Positions 55,148 through 64,000 of a DNA stretch of 64,000 bases are shown here, one piece after another. A program made the position numbers and the translations under genes. Position 1 is the first letter of the stretch. Every line of letters begins with the position of its first letter. The DNA is taken from the NCBI GenBank assembly GCA_963796455.1, contig CAWCLO010000001.1, positions 896,001-960,000 on the forward strand, given 5' to 3'. The notes beneath the pieces are model-generated. The model made no database searches and was not told the origin of the DNA. It worked only from the letters and a program-made list of their open reading frames with translations. The stretch is from Candidatus Sulfomarinibacteraceae bacterium. Its GTDB lineage: Bacteria > Acidobacteriota > Thermoanaerobaculia > Thermoanaerobaculales > Sulfomarinibacteraceae.

Positions 55148-56371
55148 ATGCGTCGCTTATTCGCTTCGTTCGCCGTCGTCGCCGCACTCGTCGTTTTCGC
55201 CTCCTGCGCCGCCGAGGGGCCCAAAGAGCCCGCAGCCAAGCCCTTCGCCAATGGGCTCCTGCTCGGGCTGGCAGTTCTCGAGAGCGGTCCTTCGGGACCA
55301 GTGCCTCAGCCCGCACAGCTCGGCATTCTGACCTTTGACGGCACAAGCTGGAACTATCGATTTATCGAGGACGAGGACAGCAACGTCTTTCACAAGGGGA
55401 TGGCATTCCAGCCCACGGGCGGCGACGCAGGGATTCTCACTGCCGGCGGTTCCAGGGCGTTGATCAAACTCTGGCGCGGAGACGGTTCATCCGAAACCAT
55501 CTGGGAAAAGGATTTCGGAGGCAAATTCAGCCGGATGCGCGACATCGAGGTGGCCGACATCAATCATGACGGCCATACGGACATCGCCGTGGTGACCCAC
55601 GATCAGGGGGTCGTCGCGGTGCTCTTCGGCGACGGCAGCGGTGGCTTCTCGGTCACCGAACTGGACGCCGAGCCCAACACCTTTGTCCACGAAGTCGAAG
55701 TCGGCGACCTCGATGGCGATGGCGTGCTCGAGGTTTATGCGACACCGAGCCTGCCCAACAAAATGGACGGCACACCGCAGCCGGGTTTTGTGACCCGCTA
55801 CCTCCCCGGCGAGGCCGACAGCCGCACCGTGGTTGCCGATCTCGGCGACCGCCACGCCAAGGAGATCCTGGTCGAGGATGTGGACGGCGACGGCACGGAT
55901 GAGCTTTACGTCTCGGTGGAAGCGGTTGCAGGCGGTCGAGTCGAAATCCTCCGCTTTGACGAGGGCACCGATCCGACGGCCGGGATGTTGATCACCAGCC
56001 TCGACGACAATCTCACGCGATTCCTGACCGCTGGAGACATCGACGGTGACGGCATCAAGGAAATGGTTGCTGCCGCCAACAAGAGCGGTCTCTGGCTGCT
56101 CGAGCCCGGTGACGACCCACGCTCCGAGTGGTCGATCCAATCCATCGATCGAAACTCCGGTGGATTCGAGCACGCGGCCATTCTCACCGATCTCGATGGT
56201 GATGGCGTCGATGAGCTCTACGTGGCCAACGACGATGAGGGCGAGATCAACCGCTATGTCTGGATCGACGGCGAACCGACCCGCGAGCTGCTCTACACCC
56301 ACCCCGAGGGTCTATCGGGCTTCACCTGGAACATCATGCCGGTGCCCATCACGTTGATCCCAGCGGAGTAG
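55148..56371 (+). CDS. FG-GAP/VCBS-repeat lipoprotein
   Basis: FASC lipobox; five DxD/NxDG..D/E repeats. Confidence 0.85.
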   Translation: MRRLFASFAVVAALVVFASCAAEGPKEPAAKPFANGLLLGLAVLESGPSGPVPQPAQLGILTFDGTSWNYRFIEDEDSNVFHKGMAFQPTGGDAGILTAGGSRALIKLWRGDGSSETIWEKDFGGKFSRMRDIEVADINHDGHTDIAVVTHDQGVVAVLFGDGSGGFSVTELDAEPNTFVHEVEVGDLDGDGVLEVYATPSLPNKMDGTPQPGFVTRYLPGEADSRTVVADLGDRHAKEILVEDVDGDGTDELYVSVEAVAGGRVEILRFDEGTDPTAGMLITSLDDNLTRFLTAGDIDGDGIKEMVAAANKSGLWLLEPGDDPRSEWSIQSIDRNSGGFEHAAILTDLDGDGVDELYVANDDEGEINRYVWIDGEPTRELLYTHPEGLSGFTWNIMPVPITLIPAE

Positions 56372-56423
56372 CGTCTGCGTTGTGCGGGCTTCTTGCCCGC
56401 ATAACGAATATCCCCCACCGCCC

Positions 56424-56547
56424 TTGTGGTGCGGCCGTCCCGGCCGCACATTCTTGCGGTTTATCCGGGTACCGTTGTGGTGCGGCCGTCCCGGCCGCAC
56501 ATTTTCGACCTCAGTGGAATCGTGCGGGCGAGACGCCCGCACCACAA
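56424..56547. repeat. GTGG-REP cluster left of RAYT: single REP plus 73-bp REP doublet (56475-56547)
   Basis: TTGTGG-TGCGGCCG-tcc-CGGCCGCA twice, then inverted TTGTGG-TGCGGGCG-tct-CGCCCGCA. Confidence 0.92.
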
Positions 56548-56603
56548 AAACTCTCGCTACCCTTGGAAGCCCGGCGGGTCACCCGAACCACAATCAGAAT
56601 GAA

Positions 56604-57227
56604 TCAATCATCACCCACACGATACCTTGCGCTTCCGAACGGCCAGTCTTGAGGCCGATCACAAAGTCCGGCCACCACCGGATTCCTCTCGGTGTAGACC
56701 ACGAATCTCTCGAAAGCCCGCTCGCCGCGAACGAGATGATCGAAGGTCTCTTCCTCCCAGATGCCTCCCTTTCTTTCCAGGGCTCTGTTGATCTCGTGTG
56801 CTGAAAACGACTTCCACGAGTGAAGAATCGTGGGCAGTGTGAATCCCGAAAACGGCGTCACCACGGCATGGACGTGGTTGGGCATAACGCACCAAGCACT
56901 GAGCGCGTAACGGTTCCCCTGAAAGTGCAACAGAGATCCTTCGACGACCGAAGCAACTCTCGGATCCCCCAGCAGACAACTGCCGGTAAAAGGCTCGGGG
57001 TCCAGTACAGACGCTATGAGGTCTGGGGTTTCATCGGCAACGATACGGCGTCTTCGAAGCACCTTTTGAGGGACCGCATCAAACAAATTGAATGTCACGA
57101 AATAGCTACAGCCGTCTTTGTAAAGGTGCGGCAGATTACCTCTCCATTGAGGCATTGTGTGGGGTTCGGACCGAGGATCGACAATCCTTTCCGGCACCAT
57201 CGGCGTCGATTTTTTGCGGTCGTTCAT
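56604..57227 (-). mobile_element. REP-associated tyrosine transposase (RAYT, Y1 HUH family)
   Basis: YFVTF, VMPNHVH (HUH), W..ETFDH.VR, Y...NPV.AGL, W..GS; flanked by REPs. Confidence 0.9.
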
Positions 57228-57265
57228 CGTCTGCCGATTGTCTCATCTCAACTGATTGACCGCCA

Positions 57266-57383
57266 TTGTGGTGCGGCCGTCCCGGCCGCACATTTTCGAC
57301 CTCAGTGGAATCGTGCGGGCGAGACGCCCGCACCACAACAACTTCGCTACCGTTGGAACGCGGGCGGGACGCCCGCACCACAA
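57266..57383. repeat. GTGG-REP cluster right of RAYT: 73-bp doublet identical to 56475-56547, plus one extra inverted REP
   Basis: 57266-57338 matches 56475-56547 base for base; extra gcgggcgggacgcccgcaccacaa. Confidence 0.92.
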
Positions 57384-57390
57384 CGGGAGG

Positions 57391-60021
57391 TCAGCCCTCG
57401 TCCTCAGCCAGGGTCACAGTGATCGCAAAGCGTTCGTTTTCGTCTGCTTCGCCATCGGTCATCGTCAAACCACCCTCGGCGACATTGCCCGCCCGGCAGA
57501 CATCTTCGATCACCGGCTGTAAGGCGCTGCGGTCAGCTTCGGAGCCCATGATTTCCAGCGCCGCCACCGGCCAACGGAGGCTCTTCTGAGCGACTGTCTT
57601 GGCGCCGCGGATTGCGGTCATGACCGCAACTGCCGCATCGAAGGTGCTCTCAGCCTCGGGTTTTGCCACCGCCTGGAGTTCTGCGGTCACCGGCCACGGC
57701 GCGGTATGCACACTTTTGAATCGGTCCTCACTTGCAAAGCTCCAGGACCACACCTCTTCAGTAACAAACGGCAGGAAGGGGGCCAGCAGCCTCAGATAAG
57801 CGTTGAGACCCAGGCCGAGTGCCGCAAGGGCCGACCGGCGTCCCGGGGAATCCTCTTCGGAATAGGAGCGCAGCTTGACCAATTCGAGATAGTGGTCGCA
57901 GAACTGCCAGAAACTCTCCTCAACCACCTGCAGCACGGTGGCATAGTCAAAGGCCTCGAAGGATCGGGTGGCCTGGTCGATCACCTTGCGCAGACGATCG
58001 ATCAGGGCGAGATCAAGGGGCTCCACGATGTGCTCCGGTCCCGGAACCTCGCCGCCTGCGCCTTCGAGCTGCATGAGGACAAAACGACTGGCGTTGAACA
58101 CCTTCATCGCCAGCCTCTTGCCGACCTTGAAAACACCGGGATCAAAGGCGGTGTCGGTGCCGAGCCGGGCCCGGGCGGCCCAATACCGTACGGCGTCCGA
58201 AGACCACTCCACCAGCAGATCGTCCGGAGTGACCACGTTGCCCTTGGATTTCGACATCTTTTTGCGATCCGGATCGAGGATCCAACCCGAAAGGACCACG
58301 TGACGCCACGGGATCTCACCCTCGTGCATCCAGGCCTTGACGATGGTCGAAAAAGCCCAGGTCCGGATGATGTCGTGAGCCTGCGGCCGGATGTCCATCG
58401 GGAAGAGCTTGGCGTGGCGGTCGGGATCGATGCCCCAATGGCTCTGGATCTGCGGGGTCATGGACGAGGTCGCCCAGGTATCCATGACATCCGGCTCGGC
58501 CGAGAAGCCACCCGGCTGATCACGTTGGTCGGGCTGGAATCCCGGTGGGGTGTCGGTCAGTGGATCAACCGGCAGCGACGCCGGATCGGCATAGACCGGC
58601 CGCGCGAAGTCGGGTTCACCGTCATCGCCGACCTCGTACCAGACCGGAAAGGGCACTCCAAAATAACGTTGGCGGGAAATGCACCAATCCTGATTGAGCC
58701 CTTCCACCCAGTGCGTGTAGCGGGTCTTCATGTGGGCAGGGTGCCACTGGATCTTGTCGCCCTGGGCCAACAGCGCATCTTTGTGCACCATCGTCCGGAC
58801 GAACCACTGCCGGGTGGTCACGAACTCGAGCGGGCGGTCGCCCTTTTCGAAAAACTTGACGATCTGATCCGTCGGTTTCGGATCGCCGACCAGGGCCGTG
58901 CCCGACCAACCCGGCAGGCTCCCCTCCTCGGCAAGCAACTCGGCCACCCGCTTCTTGGCCTTGCTGATATACAGCCCGGCGATCTCGTCGTGCGACAGTT
59001 GTGCGAGCTCGACATCGACGCTTTCGAAGGGCGTCTCGCCAATGGTGGCGGGCAGCATTTTTCCGTCGCGGCCGATGAGCTGTTTGAGTGCCAGACCTGA
59101 TTGTTTCCACCACTCGACATCCATCGCGTCGCCAAAAGTGCAGACCATCAAGATGCCGGTCCCCTTGTCGGGATCAGCATGGTCGGCCGCGAGGATGGGG
59201 ACCCTCGCTCCATAAAGCGGTGTGATGGCGTACTTGCCGAAGAGCTCCTGATAGCGCTCGTCTTCAGGGTGGGCAACCACCGCGATGCAGGCACCGAGTA
59301 ACTCGGGCCGGGTGGTGGCGATCTGTAGTTCGCCACCGCCTTCGACACCGAATCGAAGATCGAAGAAGAGCCCCTGCCGGGGACGGTCTTCGACCTCCGC
59401 CTGGGCAACGGCGGTGTGGAAATCGATGTCCCACATGGTGGGGCTCTCGACGTTGTAGACCTCGCCCTTTTCCACCAGATCGAGAAAGCTCAGCTGTGAA
59501 ACCCGCCGACAGTGATCGTCGATCGTGGCGTATTGCTCCGACCAATCGAGCGACAGACCGAGATGACGCCAGAGATGCTCGAAGGCCTTCTCGTCCTCGG
59601 CGGTCACGATGCCGCAGGCCTCGATGAAGTTGCGCCGCGAGACTTCTTCGATCTCTTTGCGTTTGCCGCCCTTGGGGTCCGGCTTCCAGTCCGCGTCGTA
59701 CGGCAAATGGGGGTTACAACGGATGCCGAGCAGATTCTGGACCCGCCGTTCGGTGGGCAATCCGTTGTCATCCCACCCCATCGGGAATGCAATGTTTTTT
59801 CCCAACATCCGCTGGTAGCGGACCAACAGATCTTCGTGGGTGTATGAAAAAACATGACCGACGTGCAGGGAACCCGACACCGTCGGCGGTGGCGTATCCA
59901 CCACGAAGGTCTCCTCGCGAGGCCGCGAAGGATCCCACTTGTAGATCCCCCAGTCATCCCACTGCTGGCGCCACTTGTCCTCGATTTCGATGTGCTTGTA
60001 CTTCTTCGGAATCTCAGCCAC
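57391..60021 (-). CDS. valS: Valyl-tRNA synthetase (short type, no C-terminal coiled coil)
   Basis: DTPPPTVSGSLHVGH, GWDDNGLPTER, DWCISRQR, KMSKS; GGAGG SD before GTG 60021. Confidence 0.95.
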   Translation of the reverse strand: MAEIPKKYKHIEIEDKWRQQWDDWGIYKWDPSRPREETFVVDTPPPTVSGSLHVGHVFSYTHEDLLVRYQRMLGKNIAFPMGWDDNGLPTERRVQNLLGIRCNPHLPYDADWKPDPKGGKRKEIEEVSRRNFIEACGIVTAEDEKAFEHLWRHLGLSLDWSEQYATIDDHCRRVSQLSFLDLVEKGEVYNVESPTMWDIDFHTAVAQAEVEDRPRQGLFFDLRFGVEGGGELQIATTRPELLGACIAVVAHPEDERYQELFGKYAITPLYGARVPILAADHADPDKGTGILMVCTFGDAMDVEWWKQSGLALKQLIGRDGKMLPATIGETPFESVDVELAQLSHDEIAGLYISKAKKRVAELLAEEGSLPGWSGTALVGDPKPTDQIVKFFEKGDRPLEFVTTRQWFVRTMVHKDALLAQGDKIQWHPAHMKTRYTHWVEGLNQDWCISRQRYFGVPFPVWYEVGDDGEPDFARPVYADPASLPVDPLTDTPPGFQPDQRDQPGGFSAEPDVMDTWATSSMTPQIQSHWGIDPDRHAKLFPMDIRPQAHDIIRTWAFSTIVKAWMHEGEIPWRHVVLSGWILDPDRKKMSKSKGNVVTPDDLLVEWSSDAVRYWAARARLGTDTAFDPGVFKVGKRLAMKVFNASRFVLMQLEGAGGEVPGPEHIVEPLDLALIDRLRKVIDQATRSFEAFDYATVLQVVEESFWQFCDHYLELVKLRSYSEEDSPGRRSALAALGLGLNAYLRLLAPFLPFVTEEVWSWSFASEDRFKSVHTAPWPVTAELQAVAKPEAESTFDAAVAVMTAIRGAKTVAQKSLRWPVAALEIMGSEADRSALQPVIEDVCRAGNVAEGGLTMTDGEADENERFAITVTLAEDEG

Positions 60022-60376
60022 GCTGTTCCTCCGCTCCGGCAAAGGCGAATTCGGCATCCTCGACGCGAAGACGATCACGGGTGATCCAGCCTCCGACCTG
60101 ACCGGGCTCACCGAGGACCGCCGCGATCACCGAGAAGTCGTCGCCAAAGAGATATTTCTTTTCGTCATTTTCGAACATTGCCGAATCCTTGATCCACACC
60201 ACCACTCGCCCATCGTCGAGCTTTGCGGCATCGAGGGCGTTGGGAAGAAAGACCCGGATATCGGAATCGTCGCCGCGGACGATCATGATCGTCGAACCAC
60301 CAAACTCGGGGGGCCCGCCGTGCAGCCACGCATCGAGATCAGCCCTGTTCGTAACATCAACCAGCCACGGTCCCAT
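60014..60376 (-). CDS. Hypothetical protein, overlapping the valS start
   Basis: GGAG/AGGA SD before ATG 60376; 8-nt overlap with valS. Confidence 0.65.
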   Translation of the reverse strand: MGPWLVDVTNRADLDAWLHGGPPEFGGSTIMIVRGDDSDIRVFLPNALDAAKLDDGRVVVWIKDSAMFENDEKKYLFGDDFSVIAAVLGEPGQVGGWITRDRLRVEDAEFAFAGAEEQRG

Positions 60377-60443
60377 GTCCTGCTCTCCATTGTCGGGAAT
60401 CGTCGCGGAAACCAACCGCGACGTCGGCAGATGATAACACCCG

Positions 60444-60479
60444 GGAATTTGGGATTTCGGATTTCGGATTTCGGATTTC
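60444..60479 (+). repeat. Heptamer array (GGATTTC)n, ~5 units
   Basis: ggaatttgggatttcggatttcggatttcggatttc. Confidence 0.88.
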
Positions 60480-60673
60480 TGGAACTGCAAACGAAATAGA
60501 CGCCAAGAGTCCTGCATTCAATAATTTACCGGAGCTGACCCTCGAACCCTCGAAGCAGCGGGGAACGCGTCGTTTGGCAATGCCGGCAACGCCGCTCGCG
60601 TTGTCCCACACCCTCGGAGACTTTCCGTTTTCGAGGCGCCCTGCTTGACAATACCGAGCTTCTCCGTTCTCCT

Positions 60674-63355
60674 ATGGGCCGCATGGCAGACGCAAAACCA
60701 CTGATTATCGTCGAGTCGCCCGCGAAAGCGCGGACCATCTCCAAGTTTCTTGGGTCGGACTATGTCGTTGAGTCGTCGGTCGGTCACATCCGCGACCTGC
60801 CGTCTTCGGCGGCGGAGATCCCGAAAAAACAAAAGGGCGAGTCCTGGGCGCGGCTCGGGATCGATGTCGAAAACGGCTTTGCACCACTGTACGTGGTTCC
60901 TGCCGACAAAAAAAAGCAGGTGACGACCCTCAAGAAAAAACTCAAGGAGGCCTCCGAGCTCTACCTCGCGACTGACGAAGACCGCGAGGGAGAGGCCATT
61001 GCGTGGCATCTTGTTGAAGTCCTCAAACCGGCAATACCGGTCAAGCGATTGGTCTTCCACGAGATCACCAACAAAGCCATCGACCGGGCGCTCTCCGAAC
61101 CGCGTGATATCGACAGCCGGTTGGTTGCAGCGCAGGAGACGCGCCGGATTCTCGATCGTCTTGTGGGTTACGAAGTCTCACCGGTCCTCTGGAAAAAGGT
61201 CCGCCCCAAACTTTCCGCCGGTCGCGTGCAGTCGGTGGCCACCCGTCTGATCGTCGCCCGTGAGGAAGCACGGATGCGTTTTGTCGAGTCCACATTCTGC
61301 GGTCTCGATGCGACGCTGTCGGTAGCGGACGATGGTGCCAGGTTCACCGCGCGGCTGGCCGAGCTCGATGGATCCAAGATCGCCATCGGCAAAGATTTCG
61401 ACACCGAGACCGGCGAACTCAAAACCAAAGCCAGGGTTCTCGACCAGGAGAGCGCCAACAGCCTGGCATCGAAGCTCGAGACAGCTCCCTTCGACGTCAC
61501 CGACATCATTCAGAAGCCCTTCACCAACCGGCCCTATCCACCGTTCATGACCTCGACCCTGCAGCAGGAGGCGGGCCGCAAGCTCCGCTTCAACGCCCGC
61601 CGCACCATGCGGGTGGCACAGAGCCTCTATGAGAACGGATTCATCACCTATATGCGTACCGACTCGCTGACCCTGTCGTCGGAGGCGCTGAACGCCGCTC
61701 GCGGCCAGGTCACCGAGCTCTACGGCAGCGAATACCTCCCGGATCAACCGCGAGTCTATCGATCGAAGTCGCGGACCGCCCAGGAAGCTCACGAGGCCAT
61801 CCGGCCCGCCGGCAGCCGTTTCCAGACGCCGGCGAGCCTCAAAGGCACCCTCGAGACCGACCAGTTCAGGCTCTACGAGCTGATCTGGAAACGCACCCTG
61901 GCCTCACAGATGAAGGACGCCACCGGCGTTCGTACTCAGCTCAGAATCGAAGCGCCGGTGGAGGGCGACGGACAGGCGGTCTTCACGACATCGGGCAAGG
62001 TCATCACCTTCGCCGGCTTCCTGCGAGCCTATGTGGAAGGGTCGGATGATCCCGGAGCCGAACTCGCCGACCAGGAAAAGCTCCTGCCGCCACTGGAAAA
62101 GGGCGAGAAACCCGATCTGATCGGGCTCGAACCGACTCATCACACCACCCAGCCGCCCGCTCGCTACACCGAGGCGAGTCTGGTCAAGGAACTGGAAGCA
62201 CGCGGTATCGGCCGCCCCTCGACCTACGCATCCATCATTCAAACCATCCAGGATCGTGGATACGTCTGGAACAAGGGTCAGGCGCTGGTACCGACCTTCA
62301 CGGCCTTCGCCGTGATCCGGCTGCTCGAACGCAATCTCTCCGACCTCGTGGACTACGACTTCACCGCCCGTATGGAATCCGAGCTCGACTCCATCGCCCG
62401 CGGCGAGACCGACGCCACGCCGTGGCTCAACGACTTCTACTTCGGCCTCGCCGAAGACGACACCGGTCGGAGTCAGATCATGCGCGTGGGTCTGCACGCA
62501 TTGGTCGCAACGGGCGAAGAGATCGACCCGCGCGAAGCCTCCAGGATTACTATCGGTCAAACCGCCGAGGGCGAATTGGTGGCGGTCCGAGTCGGCCGCT
62601 ACGGGCCCTATATTCAAATCGGTGATTCCGATCGGCGCGCTCCGGTCCCCGAAGACATGCCGCCCGACGAGATGACCATCGAACAGGCACTCGAAATGGT
62701 GGCCAGGGCGGCCGAAGGCGATCAGGCCATCGGAAACGACCCCGAGACCGGAAAGCCGATCTATGTCAAAAACGGGCGCTTCGGCCCCTACGTTCAACTC
62801 GGCGACCGCACCGATGACGGCGAAAAACCAAAGATGGCCAGCCTCTGGAAATCCATGTCGCCCTCCGGGGTAGCGTTGGAAGACGCATTGATGCTCCTGT
62901 CCTTCCCGCGTGATCTCGGCAAACACCCCGAAACGGGCGAAAGCGTCACCGTCCAGGACGGTCGCTATGGCCCCTACGTCAAGTCGGGCTCCGAGACCCG
63001 AAGTCTCGACAGCCAGGACCGACTCGGCACGATCACCTTCGAAGAGGCGGTCAACAAGCTCAAAGAGCCCAAAAAGGGCCGTCGCGCCGGCGGCGCCGCT
63101 TCAACCATCGCCGAACTCGGGACTCACCCGGATTCGGGCGACCCGATTCAGGTCAAAACCGGCCGCTACGGCCCCTACGTCACCGACGGCACCGTCAACG
63201 CCACCGTACCAAAGGGCACCGACCCCGAGAAAGTCGATCTCGACGCCGCCCTCGAACTCCTGGCCAGACGGGAAGAAAAGCTCCGGTCGCAGGGCAAAGA
63301 TCCACGGGCGAAGAAGAAACCAAAAAAGAAAACCACCAAGCGCAAGAAGAAATAG
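60674..63355 (+). CDS. topA: DNA topoisomerase I with C-terminal GRYGPY repeats and Lys-rich tail
   Basis: IVESPAKA, ATDEDREGE, SAGRVQS, ITYMRTDS, QEAHEAIRP, GIGRPSTY; four GR(Y/F)GPY repeats. Confidence 0.97.
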   Translation: MGRMADAKPLIIVESPAKARTISKFLGSDYVVESSVGHIRDLPSSAAEIPKKQKGESWARLGIDVENGFAPLYVVPADKKKQVTTLKKKLKEASELYLATDEDREGEAIAWHLVEVLKPAIPVKRLVFHEITNKAIDRALSEPRDIDSRLVAAQETRRILDRLVGYEVSPVLWKKVRPKLSAGRVQSVATRLIVAREEARMRFVESTFCGLDATLSVADDGARFTARLAELDGSKIAIGKDFDTETGELKTKARVLDQESANSLASKLETAPFDVTDIIQKPFTNRPYPPFMTSTLQQEAGRKLRFNARRTMRVAQSLYENGFITYMRTDSLTLSSEALNAARGQVTELYGSEYLPDQPRVYRSKSRTAQEAHEAIRPAGSRFQTPASLKGTLETDQFRLYELIWKRTLASQMKDATGVRTQLRIEAPVEGDGQAVFTTSGKVITFAGFLRAYVEGSDDPGAELADQEKLLPPLEKGEKPDLIGLEPTHHTTQPPARYTEASLVKELEARGIGRPSTYASIIQTIQDRGYVWNKGQALVPTFTAFAVIRLLERNLSDLVDYDFTARMESELDSIARGETDATPWLNDFYFGLAEDDTGRSQIMRVGLHALVATGEEIDPREASRITIGQTAEGELVAVRVGRYGPYIQIGDSDRRAPVPEDMPPDEMTIEQALEMVARAAEGDQAIGNDPETGKPIYVKNGRFGPYVQLGDRTDDGEKPKMASLWKSMSPSGVALEDALMLLSFPRDLGKHPETGESVTVQDGRYGPYVKSGSETRSLDSQDRLGTITFEEAVNKLKEPKKGRRAGGAASTIAELGTHPDSGDPIQVKTGRYGPYVTDGTVNATVPKGTDPEKVDLDAALELLARREEKLRSQGKDPRAKKKPKKKTTKRKKK

Positions 63356-63445
63356 GCCCAGCCAGCGCCATTGTGGCGCAGGCGCCCCGTCTGCACTTCT
63401 CTTCAGATTCGCCGTCGTTGTGCTCCTCGGAATGCCAATCGGCTG

Positions 63446-63811
63446 TTAATTTGCAGCCAGCTTCTGGAGAACCCCTCGTGCCTGGGCCTCGGTGGCGCTG
63501 ACATTGAGAACCCCTTCCAGCATGACAACGGTGAAGACCTCGCGAATCTTGTCGCTGCATCCGTAGACGGCGATGGCCCCACCAAAGGTTTTGAGGCGCA
63601 CGAAGATTCGCACCATGACACCGATACCCGCACTGGTAAGGATGTTGAGGCGTGACAGATCGAAAAGGAAAAACCGCGCATCGGGACCGGCGATGCCGGA
63701 CGCCCAGACCCAAAGATCTTCGGCTCCGTTGACCTCGAGCGCACCACTGAGGCGCACGAGCAGGGCCTCATCGATCTCAGCGTCAGGTTCGAAGGCAATT
63801 TGCAGGCCCAC
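63446..63811 (-). CDS. STAS domain anti-sigma-factor antagonist
   Basis: LSGAL, FDLSRL..LTSAGIG, IREVF. Confidence 0.8.
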   Translation of the reverse strand: MGLQIAFEPDAEIDEALLVRLSGALEVNGAEDLWVWASGIAGPDARFFLFDLSRLNILTSAGIGVMVRIFVRLKTFGGAIAVYGCSDKIREVFTVVMLEGVLNVSATEAQARGVLQKLAAN

Positions 63812-63850
63812 AGGCAGTTCCTTTCTGGTCGGATTGTCTGGGTGATTCTA

Positions 63851-64000
63851 TCACTGGAAAGTCTCGGTAAGGAGACCGCTCCAGCTGTAGGAGCTCTCCG
63901 ACATGGCGGCCGGGCGAAGTGGACTGCGGAATCGCCACCGGGCCCAGGTATGATCGTCTCGCATGCCGCTCATCCATATTGTCCAGGCAGAGGGCGAGGC
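63851..64000 (-). CDS. 3' end of an unidentified gene running in from the window edge
   Basis: 50 open codons ending ...LLTETFQ-TGA-TAG just upstream of the STAS gene. Confidence 0.4.
   Translation of the reverse strand, partial: ASPSAWTIWMSGMRDDHTWARWRFRSPLRPAAMSESSYSWSGLLTETFQ

Noticed and set aside
56424..57383. Possible CRISPR array (repeated ~27-bp palindromes with spacers)
   Set aside because: Repeats alternate in orientation, spacers are duplicated rather than unique, there are no cas genes, and a RAYT gene explains them.

Overview
This is a high-GC bacterial chromosomal window. The gene style (Oar-like TonB-dependent receptors, many lipoproteins, a wHTH-STAND-WD40 protein) suggests Acidobacteriota, possibly Thermoanaerobaculia; the taxonomy is inference only. 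The first ~22.7 kb is a coherent peptidoglycan salvage/remodelling cluster: lysA, M20 amidohydrolase, SpmAB fusion, murQ, a TonB-dependent receptor, alr, an orphan murE, a SIS sugar-phosphate deaminase, two MurI-like racemases (one a lipoprotein), a NagX/HGSNAT-like protein, AMIN-M23, a BNR-DUF1906-PA14 hydrolase, DUF819 and an amidase_2. It is followed by a cobalamin riboswitch-controlled btuFDC-like ABC transporter, a secreted lysyl-endopeptidase-like protease, assorted small enzymes, crcB-DUF190, a Tat-exported phosphodiesterase, a STAND/WD40 protein, a second intact receptor paralogue, a REP-flanked RAYT transposase, valS, topA and a STAS protein. The most unusual signal is non-coding. Many longer intergenic gaps are bracketed by 7-8 bp tandem arrays whose unit changes from locus to locus but whose polarity is fixed (G/purine-rich form at the left edge, C/pyrimidine-rich form at the right edge). 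Several unrelated palindromic repeat families are nested between them. No CRISPR array, rRNA or tRNA was found. A cluster of single-base indels at ~4.8-7.6 kb is probably sequencing error. All calls are by eye from motifs; no database search was run.
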